Made by a program: the position numbers and the translations under genes
Assembly: GCA_051047955.1 (NCBI GenBank)
Contig: JBPGPT010000021.1
Span: 124,001-188,000 of the forward strand
Reading direction: 5' to 3'
From: Cystobasidiomycetes sp. EMM_F5
Lineage: Eukaryota
Length of the DNA stretch: 64,000 nt
The notes under the pieces: model-generated
Database searches by the model: none
What the model was told of the DNA's origin: nothing
What the model saw: only the letters and a program-made list of their open reading frames with translations
Shown here: piece after piece, positions 12,375-24,717 of the stretch
How positions within the stretch are numbered: position 1 is the first letter of the stretch
Layout of the letters: every line of letters begins with the position of its first letter

Positions 12375-15300
12375 ATGTCGCTCAGACGGTCGCAGGCCGC
12401 AGTCTACTTCAAACCCCCGACGAGAGAGGTGGGCGCCGACTTGCAAGCAGGATAAGGATCAACACTGACGATGGCCAGTTGCACGTCGTCAGTCTGCGTT
12501 CCGCGCATTCTTCGGACTACCGGATGACCAGAATATCGTGTCGGAACTGCACGCCGTCCTCAGCCTCGTCGGCAAGGCCGAAGTCTACGTTAGGCTATTA
12601 TTCCATCCATAGTCACATAGACCTGGCTGATTTAATGTAATCTTGACTTGACATGATGGCTAATCTAGACTGGCAGAGTATACCTCACATCCGCCTTCCT
12701 GTGCTTTGCCTCCCTCGACCGCCGATCATGCAGGACATCTCTGGCTCTGTGTACAGTGCGCAGAGTCGAGAAACTCCCGCAAGGTGTAGGAGGTGGTACG
12801 ATGGCACTCAGTATCGGCTTGTGCAACGGGTCGAAAATTGTCCTGGGACTCAATGGCCTGCGGGGAACGTGTGATCAGGTGGGGAAACAGACCATGTCGC
12901 GTCGTATCCAATACCATACTCACCTATTCGCTGTTTAAATACGCAGTTCTGCTCGGCCCTACGAATTCACCTCAAAGCCGCAATGCCACTCATAAAGTCG
13001 ATAAAACCATTCGTAGCGACATTCTTTAGCGAGAGAGTAGTATCCGATAACATGGGAGCGGATGGAAATCTAATGACTCCAGCTGTCGAAAAGGACAAGA
13101 ATCCATTCGTCATCGAATCATCCCCTTCTAAACCTTCGTCGTCTCGGCAGGATTCCTCGTATGATGAGAAACTGGTCGACGTGGACGGGCCATCCACATC
13201 TACTTCCTCAGATAAACAAAACAACAGATACCACGACGACAAGCTGCGAGTGACACTGCTAGGGGACGATAGCGAAGATCGACGAGACAATCTTGGCAAC
13301 GCATTCACGATACGAGACGGAACAACAACCGGGTATCACGGAGGTCTGGGTCTCACTTACAAGTACCCCGGTGATCCACGCAAGCTGCGCGAGAAGAGCA
13401 AGATGAAACTATGGCGCGACTATTTCCGACAGAATGGGTGTAATCTCACCCTGATTCGCTATCCCAGCTTCAATCGACTTGTCCAAGTAGGCCTCCCATC
13501 CAGGTTACGAGGCGAGATTTGGGAAATTACGAGCGGATCAGTCTTCTTGAGATTGCAAAATCCAGGAGAGTACAGGAAGCTCCTGCGGGATAATGCCGGC
13601 AAACATAGCCTGGCGAGAGAAGAGATTGAAAAGGATCTAAACAGGAGTCTGCCTGAATATCCCGCCTACCAAAGTCAAGAAGGGATACAGACGCTCCGGC
13701 GCGTCTTGACGGCGTATGCTTGGAAGAATCCGGTACGGCAACTGTTTTGTCGAGATGATGAGCCTCTCGCTGACGTCGACTGTCGCAGGAACTCGGCTAC
13801 TGTCAAGCCATGAATATAGTCGTGGCCGCCTTTCTAATGTAGGTACTGATTGCCCTTCCTCTTCTTGCAATGACAAACGCTGATAGGACATGCCGCAGAT
13901 ACTTGAGCGAAGAGCAATGTTTTTGGCTGCTATCCATGCTGTGCGACAGGCTGGTTCCTGGCTATTATACGTGAGCCTGCAGCGCTAACGTCATAAAGAT
14001 GGACTGACAGGGATTACAGCCCATCCATGTTTGGAACGGTATTGGATCAGAAAGTCTTTGAAGCCCTCGTCCATCGAAGTAGGTTATTCTCGTTCTTGTA
14101 CGATTGTCAAAAAATCTGAAAGCTTTACAAGCCTTGCCCGTGATCCACGAGCATTTCGCTACCGTTGATATGCAACTGTCAATGGCGTCTCTTCCCTGGT
14201 TTCTATCCTTATATATCAATAGCATGCCCCTCGTGTTCGCTTTTCGTGTGGTTGACTGTTTCTTTCTCAGTAGGTGCTGCAGAGCCTACGTATGCGGCAC
14301 ATCGGCTGATATGCTGTCATCGTATAGTGGGACCGAAAGTCCTCTTCCAAATTGGTCTTGCCATCCTCAAGATCAATGGCGAGGAGCTACTAGAGTGTAC
14401 GGATGATGGCCAATTCATAGGGTACGTTACGCAAACGCGAGGACTAAGCGAGGTCAATATCTAACACTGGCAGTAATTCAGAGCCATGCGTACATATTTC
14501 GCATCATTAGGCGATTCGGCGCATCCTGGATCTCCCGACCCTCAGTTACGGCAGATAAGCAAATTCCAAGAATTGTTGGTCGTGGCTTTTCGCGAATTTG
14601 GCATCATCACCGATGAACTTATCGCGAATGAGCGGAAGCGATTCAAGGCGGATGTCGTCGAGTCTATCGAAAACTTTGCAAAACGAGCGCAGATTCGCAA
14701 TCTAAAGTTTGCCGGTAGATTCGACAAGACACAACTCAGTCGAATATTTGACAATTTTCAATTAGCCATACTGAAGAACAAGGAGAATAAGGCCAACGCG
14801 AATGCATCTATTCCTGGGACACCAAGCCAGCAACAGCATACAGATGAGGAAGACAGACCGGAAGTTCGAATAGATCGCGATACTTTCGGAGTCTTTCTGG
14901 CAGAGGTAGCGACATGGGCTGGCGATACGTATATCATTAAGACCGGCTTTCACGAGAGCAAGAAGATCAAGGTGGCAGAGCACGACTTTACAGACAGACT
15001 GTTCTACGCATGGGATGCGGACAAGAAAGGCGCGCTGACCTTCCAGGTGAGCTGACTGTAGAATCCGAAAGCCGAGCCCTAACTGTTTCGTCGCCAGAAC
15101 GTAGTCACGGCCCTGAATGACGCCATGTTCAATGATCTCATGGGAAATATGGCGTGGCTGTTCAATCTGCATGACAACAACAACGATGGCTACTTAACAA
15201 AGGACGAGATACTCAAGCTATCGGAGACTTTACTGGTAGGCGCAGGTACTTTTCGAGTGGGGCAATATGCAGCTGACATACCCTTTTCTCGATGGCTATA

Positions 15301-16461
15301 GTTCATCTTCCGTAATGAGCCAGGTGATCAATATCTAGCTGCAGTCTCTCGAATGATGCAGAATGCATTCGAGTTTGCCGAAGAACTGAAAGACTCCTTA
15401 CCACCGGAAGCCCAGAGAGCTCTGGCGGCCGTAGAAGCCGACCGTGCAGCAGGAAACGATGCGTTCTCCGTTCAGAATGAAAAGACGTTTTCCTTGATGG
15501 ACGACGATGACAGAAGTCATCCATCAAGCCGGAGAAGCACAATCACCGAAAACCCTACGACTATGCCATTCATGTCACTTGCTACTTTCCGTATGGTCGT
15601 ATTGGCCGATGAATTACTGGAATCATTCTTCTCCGAAGACTTGCAATCATCCTGGCATCTGGAGCCGCTAACAGAGGACGTTCCGCCACCGAAAGCAACC
15701 GGAGCTACTGGAAGATTCGCCAACTTTGTAGGATCGTTCATGACGGACGAGAACAAGGAGTTCCTGGGCAAGCTAGCGGACGATATTGGCAAGCGGCTCG
15801 ACATCCAACAAGTCGAACAGAAGCCATCTCTTGGCCGATTGAGTGGGGCGGCGGCTATGCAAGAACCGCAGGAACGTGCGACTTTGCTGTCCACGAGTAA
15901 GACCAAAAGTCCGCGCCTGCCCGTATCGCCAATTCCGAGCGTACATGATGCTCTTGCATCGGAGGGACCTTCGAGATCCGGGCAGGACCACCACTTCGGT
16001 GCTGACACAGGTCTAAGTCCTGCACCTATCAATGCTGTCCTCTCTCCGTCGTCCATTACTGCAGCGGCCGAAGACGCAATTATCGAAAAGGTATTACCGA
16101 ATGCCCCGAAGGAGTCCGTACTCGGTCTAGGAATCATGGACGAACGTCCTCGGTTTGCGATTGATGATGCGGGAGATGACCAGGACTTAGAAGATGACGA
16201 CGATCTCCTGACAAATGACGAGGACGACAAGGCATTGTTGAATGGTGCATCACTTTTCATACAGAACGTAGCAGGAGTTGGCTGATAACAAGGTACTCAG
16301 ATGTCGATGCTTTCCTATCCTCGATGGAGGGCTCAAATGCAACAACGGACGCGAGTATCAAAGGTGAGCCTCGCTTAATTATCTCACCGGGATGCCGTCT
16401 AATCAATATCGTCACAGATTCAAGACCATCAGATATATCTGGAGAGAATTTGCTAGACTGA
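12375..16461 (+). CDS. GYP2: Rab-GAP TBC protein with EF-hand region (Mdr1/Gyp2, TBC1D9-like); many introns
   Basis: YPGDPRKLREKSKMKLW; TBC IEKDLNRSLPE and GYCQAMNIV; EF-hand HDNNNDGYLTKDE; LATFRMVVLADELLESFF. Confidence 0.92.
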
Positions 16462-16711
16462 AATGCGCGAGATTATAGTAATCACGATTGCACGCCGCAG
16501 TACCATTCGAAGTGCCCTAGAGCTATCGATGTCGAGGCTTCCTCGTTACCTAGTCCGCTAGAAGCGATATATCAATACTTTGTCATCATGAAACGCACGT
16601 GAATTTCTTGTTCGGACAGCGGAGTCCCAGCTCGGGGCTTTGTCCGCCTGTCACCGGACAAGCATGAAAGACTCTGCAACATGCACAACTTCTGCAGCGG
16701 AGACGACAGCT

Positions 16712-17571
16712 ATGACACAGCTGAACGGCCAAACGACCGAGGTGCAGCTCGATAGCATCGAGGATGCGCTGGCGGCTATTGCAGCCGGCGAATGCATAAT
16801 TGTTGTCGACGACATGGCTCGAGAAAACGAAGGAGACTTGATAATGGCTGCAAGTAAATGCACAACAGAGCGTATGGCCTGGATCGTGCGGCATTCCAGG
16901 TGCGCAAAAGTCGAGAGCTTGTATTTTGAAGCGGAAGCATCAACGCTGACATTGCTGTGCACATTGTTCGCAGCGGATACATATGCATAGCGGTACCACC
17001 AGAAAGATTGGACGAGCTCGAAATACCCTTGATGATTGAGAATAACACCGAAAAGCATCGGACAGCATATACGCATACCGTGGATTATCGGCCGGGTAGG
17101 CTTTCGGACATTTATTCGCATGCATTGTGCTGATGACAATGGCAGGCGTGACGACTGGCATATCGGCTCATGACCGAGCATTGACCGCCCGCAAAGTGGC
17201 TGATACATCAACTAGCCCTTCGGATTTCAACAGACCAGGACATCTGGTCCCCCTAAGAGCGCGGTCTGGAGGGGTCTTGGAAAGAAGAGGGCATACAGAA
17301 GCTACGATGGGTTCGTCATTTTATTTACCGGCAGCTGCCCTTGGGCGATTTGACTGATTTGTCGGTTGTGCTTTCGGTCTTTGCAGACCTCGTGCGGCTG
17401 TCCGGCTTAGAAGGTCCCGCTGTTGGCGTTCTATGTGAACTACTCAAGCCGGACGACCCATCAGGAAGCATGGCGAGAAGAGACGATTGCTTTGCGTTTG
17501 CGAAACAGTGGGGATGTAAAATGATTAGCATTGAGCAATTGGCAGAATACAGGAGTCGGCATAACTTATGA
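16712..17571 (+). CDS. RIB3: 3,4-dihydroxy-2-butanone-4-phosphate synthase (3 introns; in-frame upstream AUG at 16664)
   Basis: [53 protein letters not shown]. Confidence 0.96.
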
Positions 17572-17935
17572 CCCGTCAACAATAATGCGGATGTGATTAG
17601 TCTGCTAGCAGTCAAATATACCCCGTCCTCGCACATCCATACCCGCAGTAGAAGTCAGGCTATAGCGATCATCAAACTTGTTGTCCTAGTTCATCTGTAC
17701 TTATGGAATACATTGATTGTGCCATTAATCGAAGGATCGGACGTAAAAGAGGTCAGCAGTAAGGTGCGACAAGATTCAGGTTCTCGTGCATTGCATGCAA
17801 AACGACGCATCAGCAATAGAAATGAGACAGCAAACGCGGAGTTTAAGATGAGCGTGGGTGACCTTACATCGCTAGCACGACATTCGCGTATGGCTACATA
17901 GTCAATCGCGCTGACTGCTTATACTGGATTGTAGA

Positions 17936-20900
17936 TTAGGTTGGCACTCTTCGACCGACAGCTACAGATCGCCAAACAAGTCTGTGCACGGAGATCAGCT
18001 CTACGTGGTGATTGTAGTGAGAATGTATATAAGCACCTATGGAACCAGAACAGTAAATTGTCACGCCAGCCAGCGTGGGCAATGGGGAGGCCGTCAAGGC
18101 TGTTGGACGCTGCCCATGTTGCGTATGTATCGAAGGAAACTGTGTGGTGGTAGTGTCGCACAGGAAACATCCATGCTCCGGTCACAACTCCGGAAAAGTA
18201 TATGAGCAATCCGCAGGCGAGTAGGGTGCCAGAAGATCGTAAAGCCAATTCTACGGCAATCCGGGCATCACTTGGCAGACTCGCAGAAATGAAAGGCGGA
18301 AGTTGATGGAATCTGCTTGGTAAGCCATTTGTAGGATGTTGATAAGGCGGTGGCGCTGCATCTGGGACTATAGCATCTGTTATGAGCCATTTACAGCCAC
18401 CCCGTATGCCTGACCCACCACTGCTGCGGAGACGAGCTTGTTCCTCTTTGGCTCGGATGTAGGCATCAACTGCATCAAGATCAACTGCCAGCTCGCGGGC
18501 AAGTTGGTCACGCTTGGCAGCAACGGACAACACAATTTCCGGGTCTGTGCAGGTCATTGCGTCCGCCTGATCCATTTTCAGATCGATTTGCACGCCTATG
18601 TCCACAGTCTCACTATCTTCGAGAGGTGTCTGAAGCGCGTTATGCACATTTGCTGCTTGTGTCGTTACTTGCGTGACTTTCTGACTTGGTCGTTTCTTCC
18701 ATTTCAGGAGATCAGCTCCGATTGCCTGGCGCTCACAACATCTGGACGAAACGTACCAATTTACGTCGAGTCGTTATAATCTCCTCCTCGTACCCATCGC
18801 TACCGGTCTCGGCTTTCGCAGCTTCGTCAAGCACGGTCAATGCATCTTGACTGCCTCCTTCCTTCAATCGTTTGGCTAACTCTCTGCCCAGGTTCCTGCC
18901 GATGGTTCCAGGTGCGCCATCGCTACCGCTGGCACTTCTGCTGAGTCCGGCACCTCCACTGGCAGACGCGCTCAGTCGAGCTTGAGTACGTAGCTCGTCC
19001 AGGTCGAGTCGCAACCTGTCAATCGTCTCGCGAAGCGCCAGGTTCTCGTGCCTTTGCTCTTCTAGGTCTTCGACCGCCTGGTGTACTTCATTTATCTCCG
19101 CTTCCAGGCGCGCAGCTTTAGCTTGCAGATAGTCTCGCTCACGCGTCATCTGCGCATCAAACTCAGCTAGCTTCGGCAGACCGGCATATTTACATACCTT
19201 GACGACGTCGGATGTACTATTTTGCAGTGCTTCATCTGCAAGGCGCAATTCTTCGTCTTTTTCGCGAATCGCGTTGCGTAGCTTTTCAGACTCGTCTACA
19301 AACTACTGATCAGTCGACGTTTATGACCACCCAAGTGCGACAGGCTTACTACATTGGTCTTCGTACTGTCGCCTCGTCTTTACGTCACGGAAAGTCAGCA
19401 TCGGTCACAAATTGTGAGACAGACTGCCTCACGTTCTGGTAAGCTGCTCGTTGCTTATCGCGCTCGTCCCTGAAGGAAGCTGTCTGAGCTTCCAAATTTG
19501 CAATTTGGTTTAGGTTGAGCTTCTCCTTTGATCTCAATTCCTTCTCCTCTCTACGTTTTGCTGCTAGTTCAGTACGAATCTCTTCGAGCAGCGCTTCCTT
19601 CTCCATGATAGCCGCATAGCCGTCGGCGCGTTGAGCTTCCAAATCCTGTGTTTTGCGAGCCAGCTCCTGCTGTAGTTGCTGTATCATTTCCGACAGTGCG
19701 GCTTCCGAAGCCAATGAAGAGATGGAGCCTGGCCGAGTATGCATAGTGTCATAGTCGTGCGCTGAGGGGTAATCGTGAGTCTGGAAGACGGGCGAGGCGG
19801 GAGCAGGATGGAAGGATCTTTGCTCAATCGACGGCGATGTCGGAGAGAAAAGCGGTGCATCTGCTAGATTGCTGCTGCTTATACCAAAGACAGGGGAGAA
19901 TGCTCTACTCGATAAATTGGAGTTGTTGCGCGAGTTTTGCGGACGATATTGTGCATATTGGTCTGGTACATCTGTCTCGTGCATCACGTCCATGGGCTGG
20001 AAAGCTAGAGGGCTGGCCAGATCGAGTGGACTGGTAGCTTTGGGTGACATCTCTTCGCTCGGTGTACGTCCGCGAGGTGAATCGTTGTAGAACTTTTCTC
20101 CGCTGATCCTCCTGGACTTGGGAGGAGCCGGTCTGATTCGGCGGAAAGCTTCGCCAGTGGTATCGAGGGGACTGGATCGTTGTCTTGCAAGGATACTTGA
20201 TGCAACTGGAGTGTGCTGAAGGGTCAGTGAATTTCCTGGCAGCGGCCGAGCCGGTAGAGGTTTGCCGTCGAGCGATGCCCCAACTTGGTGAGTACTGGGT
20301 TGCCCTACTTTACTCGGCGTGAATGGTGGGGATGGGAGATGCACAGGCATTGACTGCGACCGAGGCATATGCGCGTCACTGTCTGTATTCTCCAGCAGAC
20401 CTGTACCGATCAAGGTTGTTGATTTGCGCGATGCAAAGGAGGATACGCTTGACGATGAAGAGGAGCGACCACGCCGTCCTACATTCATCGAGGACGTAGA
20501 CAATGAGCTCGACGATCTCGGAGTTGGCGAGCCTGAGTTGGCAGACTGCACGGTCATGGCTACAAGGACCGATATGAACTGGTCCGCCTTGATGTCCAGG
20601 TCGGGGTGCTGTACGCGAGGCGAAGATCAGCCCAAACGTTGTAGCCCTTGCGGAAACACACTACGGACCATGTTTACAAAGTCTTGCAGCTGTGCCTTTT
20701 CCTCGCTGTTGAGCAGGGTGATGTTTTTGCGGAGCTCAAACGCCTCGAGCAGCGTCGGCAGGTCTGAGCAGCGGCATGTCTGGCTGTCTGTCTCGTCGAC
20801 ATTGTCCTGCTCGTCAGTACCATTGCGGGTGTTTGAGACATGCTCCGCAAACAGCTCGTTGACCAGGTTCTGCAACTCGTACACGCTCCGGCGCTGTCGT

Positions 20901-20980
20901 CAATGAGCTTCAGCTGGGGAACTCAGGCTGTGCGCATTCAAAATACTGACCTGCGGTGTCCCTGCGTCCGAGCTGGCCAT
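17936..20980 (-). CDS. Putative KASH-domain outer nuclear membrane protein (Kms1/Kms2-like)
   Basis: N-terminal EF-hand-like segment (LPTLLEAFELRKNITLL...), S/P-rich linker, long coiled coils and a single C-terminal TM (LLACGLLIYFSGVVTGAW). Splicing out intron 17982-18036 gives the tail ...FWFHRLVWRSVAVGRRVPT*. Confidence 0.72.
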
Positions 20981-21893
20981 ACTGCACAAGTCAGGTCATG
21001 TAGTGAGCAGCAAGCGGGTGGTCATCGACAGCGCAGCCCGTTGTGTCATGGCTCGGGTTGCTCCGGTCGACGCAGCCAACAGTGAGGGTCTGTGCTCAAA
21101 CATGCAATCGTCAGAGTTGTCGTAGCGGGAGGGAGACGACGAGCTTGCTTCATGATGGGCGCTGAGTTGTTAGTATACTATGCAGCGTGGCCTGGAGCTT
21201 TTCCGAAAGAAAGCATTGCGGCATCATCGAGATGGATACCCGTACCGGCTGATCTGACATCGTGATAATACAAACACCTGACTGCTTTCCCTCATGTCGA
21301 AAGACTAGGAAAAGCACTCCAGGCCGGCCGCCAGTCTTTACCAGTGGTCACCACGCCCTGCAATTTCCCCGCAAAATCACTCGCAGCTCGCTAAACACTA
21401 TAACGCTGTTGCTTGATTCCAACGCGATTGTACTTGGGCTCAAGCATTCCTTCGCACCGTTCCAGCTCACTGTTTGCCAAACTTGCCTCGGACTGACTTC
21501 TCACTCGGCTCCTTACGTCCTTTATACCGATGAGCAGTTTGCTATGCAAGAGCAGTCTTAATTATCCTGCAAACCCTGGAACGGTCGTTCAGTTTTCACA
21601 TGTCACTTCAAGTTGACCTTGCGAAAGCGGCACTTCTTCCCTTGACGTCTCCTCAGAAGGAGCTGTGCAGGGGTATCCGACCCGCCCGGGTGCGGCGTCC
21701 CAGAAATATTGGGCGCACCTCTTGTCCTCTCGAGTATTCGACCTCGTCCTCCACACTCTTCACATTTCTCGTACTGCAGCCCTTTGCAGTCACTTCATTC
21801 ACTCGTTAAATTCCACACTGTCATTTCGACGTTCGAGCAACCCGGTACCGACTTCGGCGATACTTTGGCGATACGACCACAATTCTGAACATC

Positions 21894-22925
21894 ATGATTC
21901 ATCCGAAGTTCTATCTGGCTGCCATGGTTTTAGCCGGCCGCCATGTTGCCGCCCAATTCACTTCGACGAATACGTTACCGGATATCGCACTCGCGGCGCG
22001 TGTACTGGTGTGAGTCGACCACAAGGCAATGAACGCAGTGTGCTGTAGCGGCTGCTTAATTCCATACAAACAGAGGGGATGCCACATGTCCGTACATGGC
22101 GCCAGGCGACATCAATGTACACGTCTTCGCTGCGGTGCACTTGCATGAGACTACACAGCGAGTACCATGTCTCGCAAGAGCTTCTATGCGCTGACGATGC
22201 CTGATTATACAGCGTCACCGTCGAAAGCGACACCACGGTCCTTTTCGTCACAAGCACGACCGAAACGCAAGTCAAGATTGATGCCGATGTCTCTGTTTGT
22301 TTGTGTTTGGATGCAAGCGTCAGTACCAGTAAGTCTCATAGATTATGCGTAAATGTGACAGAAGACTAACGTCACTGTAATCAGACCTAGTGAGCGTCCC
22401 AACGCGAATTCAGCTTGCTGCGGAAGCGGATATTGAAGCATACCTGCACGCGCATGCTGCTGCGGACGCCTCACTCTCACTACTGGGCCTCGCAAATGCC
22501 AATGCTCGTACCAATATCGATGTCGAACTATCTGTTGGTGGCGTAAGCAGGCGGTTATCCATTCTGTATGCGATCTCTTACTGATGAGACGCGATCGCAC
22601 CACATCAGACGACTCCATGCAACTGTCCAAACACCTTCATCCCGGGATGCTCCAACGGTCAATGCTCTTGCACACCGTGCCCTAACGGGCTGTACTATAG
22701 ACCCAATCTCGGAATTTGCGGCCCGCTGCCATCATCGATACCCAGACGCAGTCTTGCCAGTGAGCGTGTAGGGCGGGATACCATTGCAGCAAGACAGGCG
22801 AAGCGAAGCGATGTCGTCCGTCGATTCTTATCGCCAAAAGGCTCAGGTTTGGTGAGCTCCCGCATGAGCCAACATCAGTAATGCGTTTCAGTACTGACAT
22901 GAGCACTGCAATACAGGTCGTATGA
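21894..22925 (+). CDS. Secreted Cys-rich protein, paralog A (4-5 introns, one GC-AG)
   Basis: Signal peptide MIHPKFYLAAMVLAG; spliced motifs VCLCLDA and PCNCPNTFIPGCSNGQCSC. The 3' end is either 22881 or 22925. Confidence 0.75.
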
Positions 22926-23547
22926 TGGGAGATGCAGGTAGCGTACGGCGAAACGGAAGGACATTCAGCATTTTACTTCTTGTGGGCGTCGGGTATCGGT
23001 AGGGTTACTCGAAGCAAGAGCTCGCGTTGTATTACTATAAATGAATTCTGTCAGAATGAATAATCAGCCATAAGCTTGTTGGGCGTGATTACGAGCCTTC
23101 AAACTGTTTTATCAGGCATCGCACAGCGAGTCTATGCGGTTTCTGAATTCGCTTCGAGTCCTTCGTATTTTGGACCGAAATCTGTGCCTGAGCACGTTCT
23201 GCGGAGATCTTTCAAATGAGCTGCAGCACGGACTGCCAGGCGGGTTATCAGGACTGGTAGTGATGACCAGTCATTCTAGACGGTCTCGTCAGATGTTCCA
23301 ATGCTCGTCTTCGTGCTTCACTCCTGTTGTTGTCGCCCCTCGCTGTTCACCCCTGAAGGGGATTCTCAGCAGGCAGGGGTAGACGCCCTCCTGACCAGTC
23401 CCTCCCAGATTTCCCATAAATTCAGCCCAACTCGGTTCTGTCCTTCTCTTCTCTTCCCAACCACATTCGCACTCGCACTCGCATCCAGCCTCAGCCGCAC
23501 CACCGCTCAGCGCTCACACTCACTCAACCAATTCACTCGTTTCAAAC

Positions 23548-24320
23548 ATGATTGCACACTTCATCATCGCTGCCACCGCTCTCGCTGGCTGGACTGTCGC
23601 ATCTCCTGCTCTGGCCAACTCAAAGGCCACCATCTACCTGCCAACTGTCACCCTGGACGAAAGAGGCTTTGTGTGAGTACAACGACTTGCACGAGACACA
23701 GGAATCAGACCTAACATTCGTTACGACCACAGTGGTGATGCGTCGAGCTGCTCGCTCACTGGAGGTCTCGAGGTCGTCAAGGTACACGAGATTGCCCAGT
23801 ATGTCTACCTTGTCCAGAGATTTGTCAATTACACTAACTCGTCTCGCGCTTTCAGCATCACTGCCACCGACAGCTTGTCCATTGGCACCCTTGTCTCTCA
23901 AGATCTCCTCACCAAGGCAACGGTCGAATCCAACATAAATGTCTGTGCTTGTGTCGATGCCAAGCTCCCTGCCAGTTCGTTGTCTGCTTCGAGGTCTTCA
24001 GCCCCAATCATCAGCTGATCCTCTTCTTGTCCGCAGCTGCCGTCCCAGCCTCCCTCGTCCGTGGTGCCAAGACTGAATTGACCGCATTCGTCAACGCTCA
24101 CCTCGGAACGTCTGCCGACATTCGCGCACTCCACACGCTCCTTGGCAAGGCTGACCTCAAGCTCGACCTTGACCTCGCTGCCATTGCTGTAAGTTGACAC
24201 GCGTCCACTCATCAATAATGCATTCGCTTAGGCGAGTGTCTACAGCACCTGCCTTGCAAGTGCGCTGCCGGCTTCAAGCCAACCTGCCACAATGGCCAGT
24301 GCGGCTGCGCTAAGGCGTAA
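23548..24320 (+). CDS. Secreted Cys-rich protein, paralog B (4 introns)
   Basis: Signal peptide MIAHFIIAATALAGWTVASP; spliced motifs VCACVDA and PCKCAAGFKPTCHNGQCGCAKA*. Confidence 0.8.
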
Positions 24321-24717
24321 ACGTCGTAAAGTTGGTCATGGAGGAACGGGATTGTTTTCAAAAAAATTTCAGGGCTCGAGGCGTCTGTGCCATGATGGGG
24401 ACGAGAGGGGGTCTGCGTTAGCACGTCAGGGTCGATTAGAGCCACTGTATTATTAGCTTGCTTGGCCTTTGACAATACTACTACAGCAATATTTGCGTTC
24501 CGAAATTGGCGTATGCGTTTGACGATCTTGATCAGACGTACACGATCCAGAGCGTCTCTCGAGTCAGTAATTCTACAGACTGCTGTTATGCTGTTTGCTA
24601 CTGATCCATTTATGCCTGAATTACGAGCGTAGCCTCGACTGCTCTCCTGCCCGACCATAAACCCAAGAGCATCATTACCGATCATTGTATGAAAACAGAG
24701 GTGCATCTTGATCGTCT

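Noticed and set aside
9398..20906. Long antisense ORFs (9398-10033, 15517-16260, 20319-20906)
   Set aside because: These are shadows of S/P-rich coding exons on the opposite strand, with no independent motifs.
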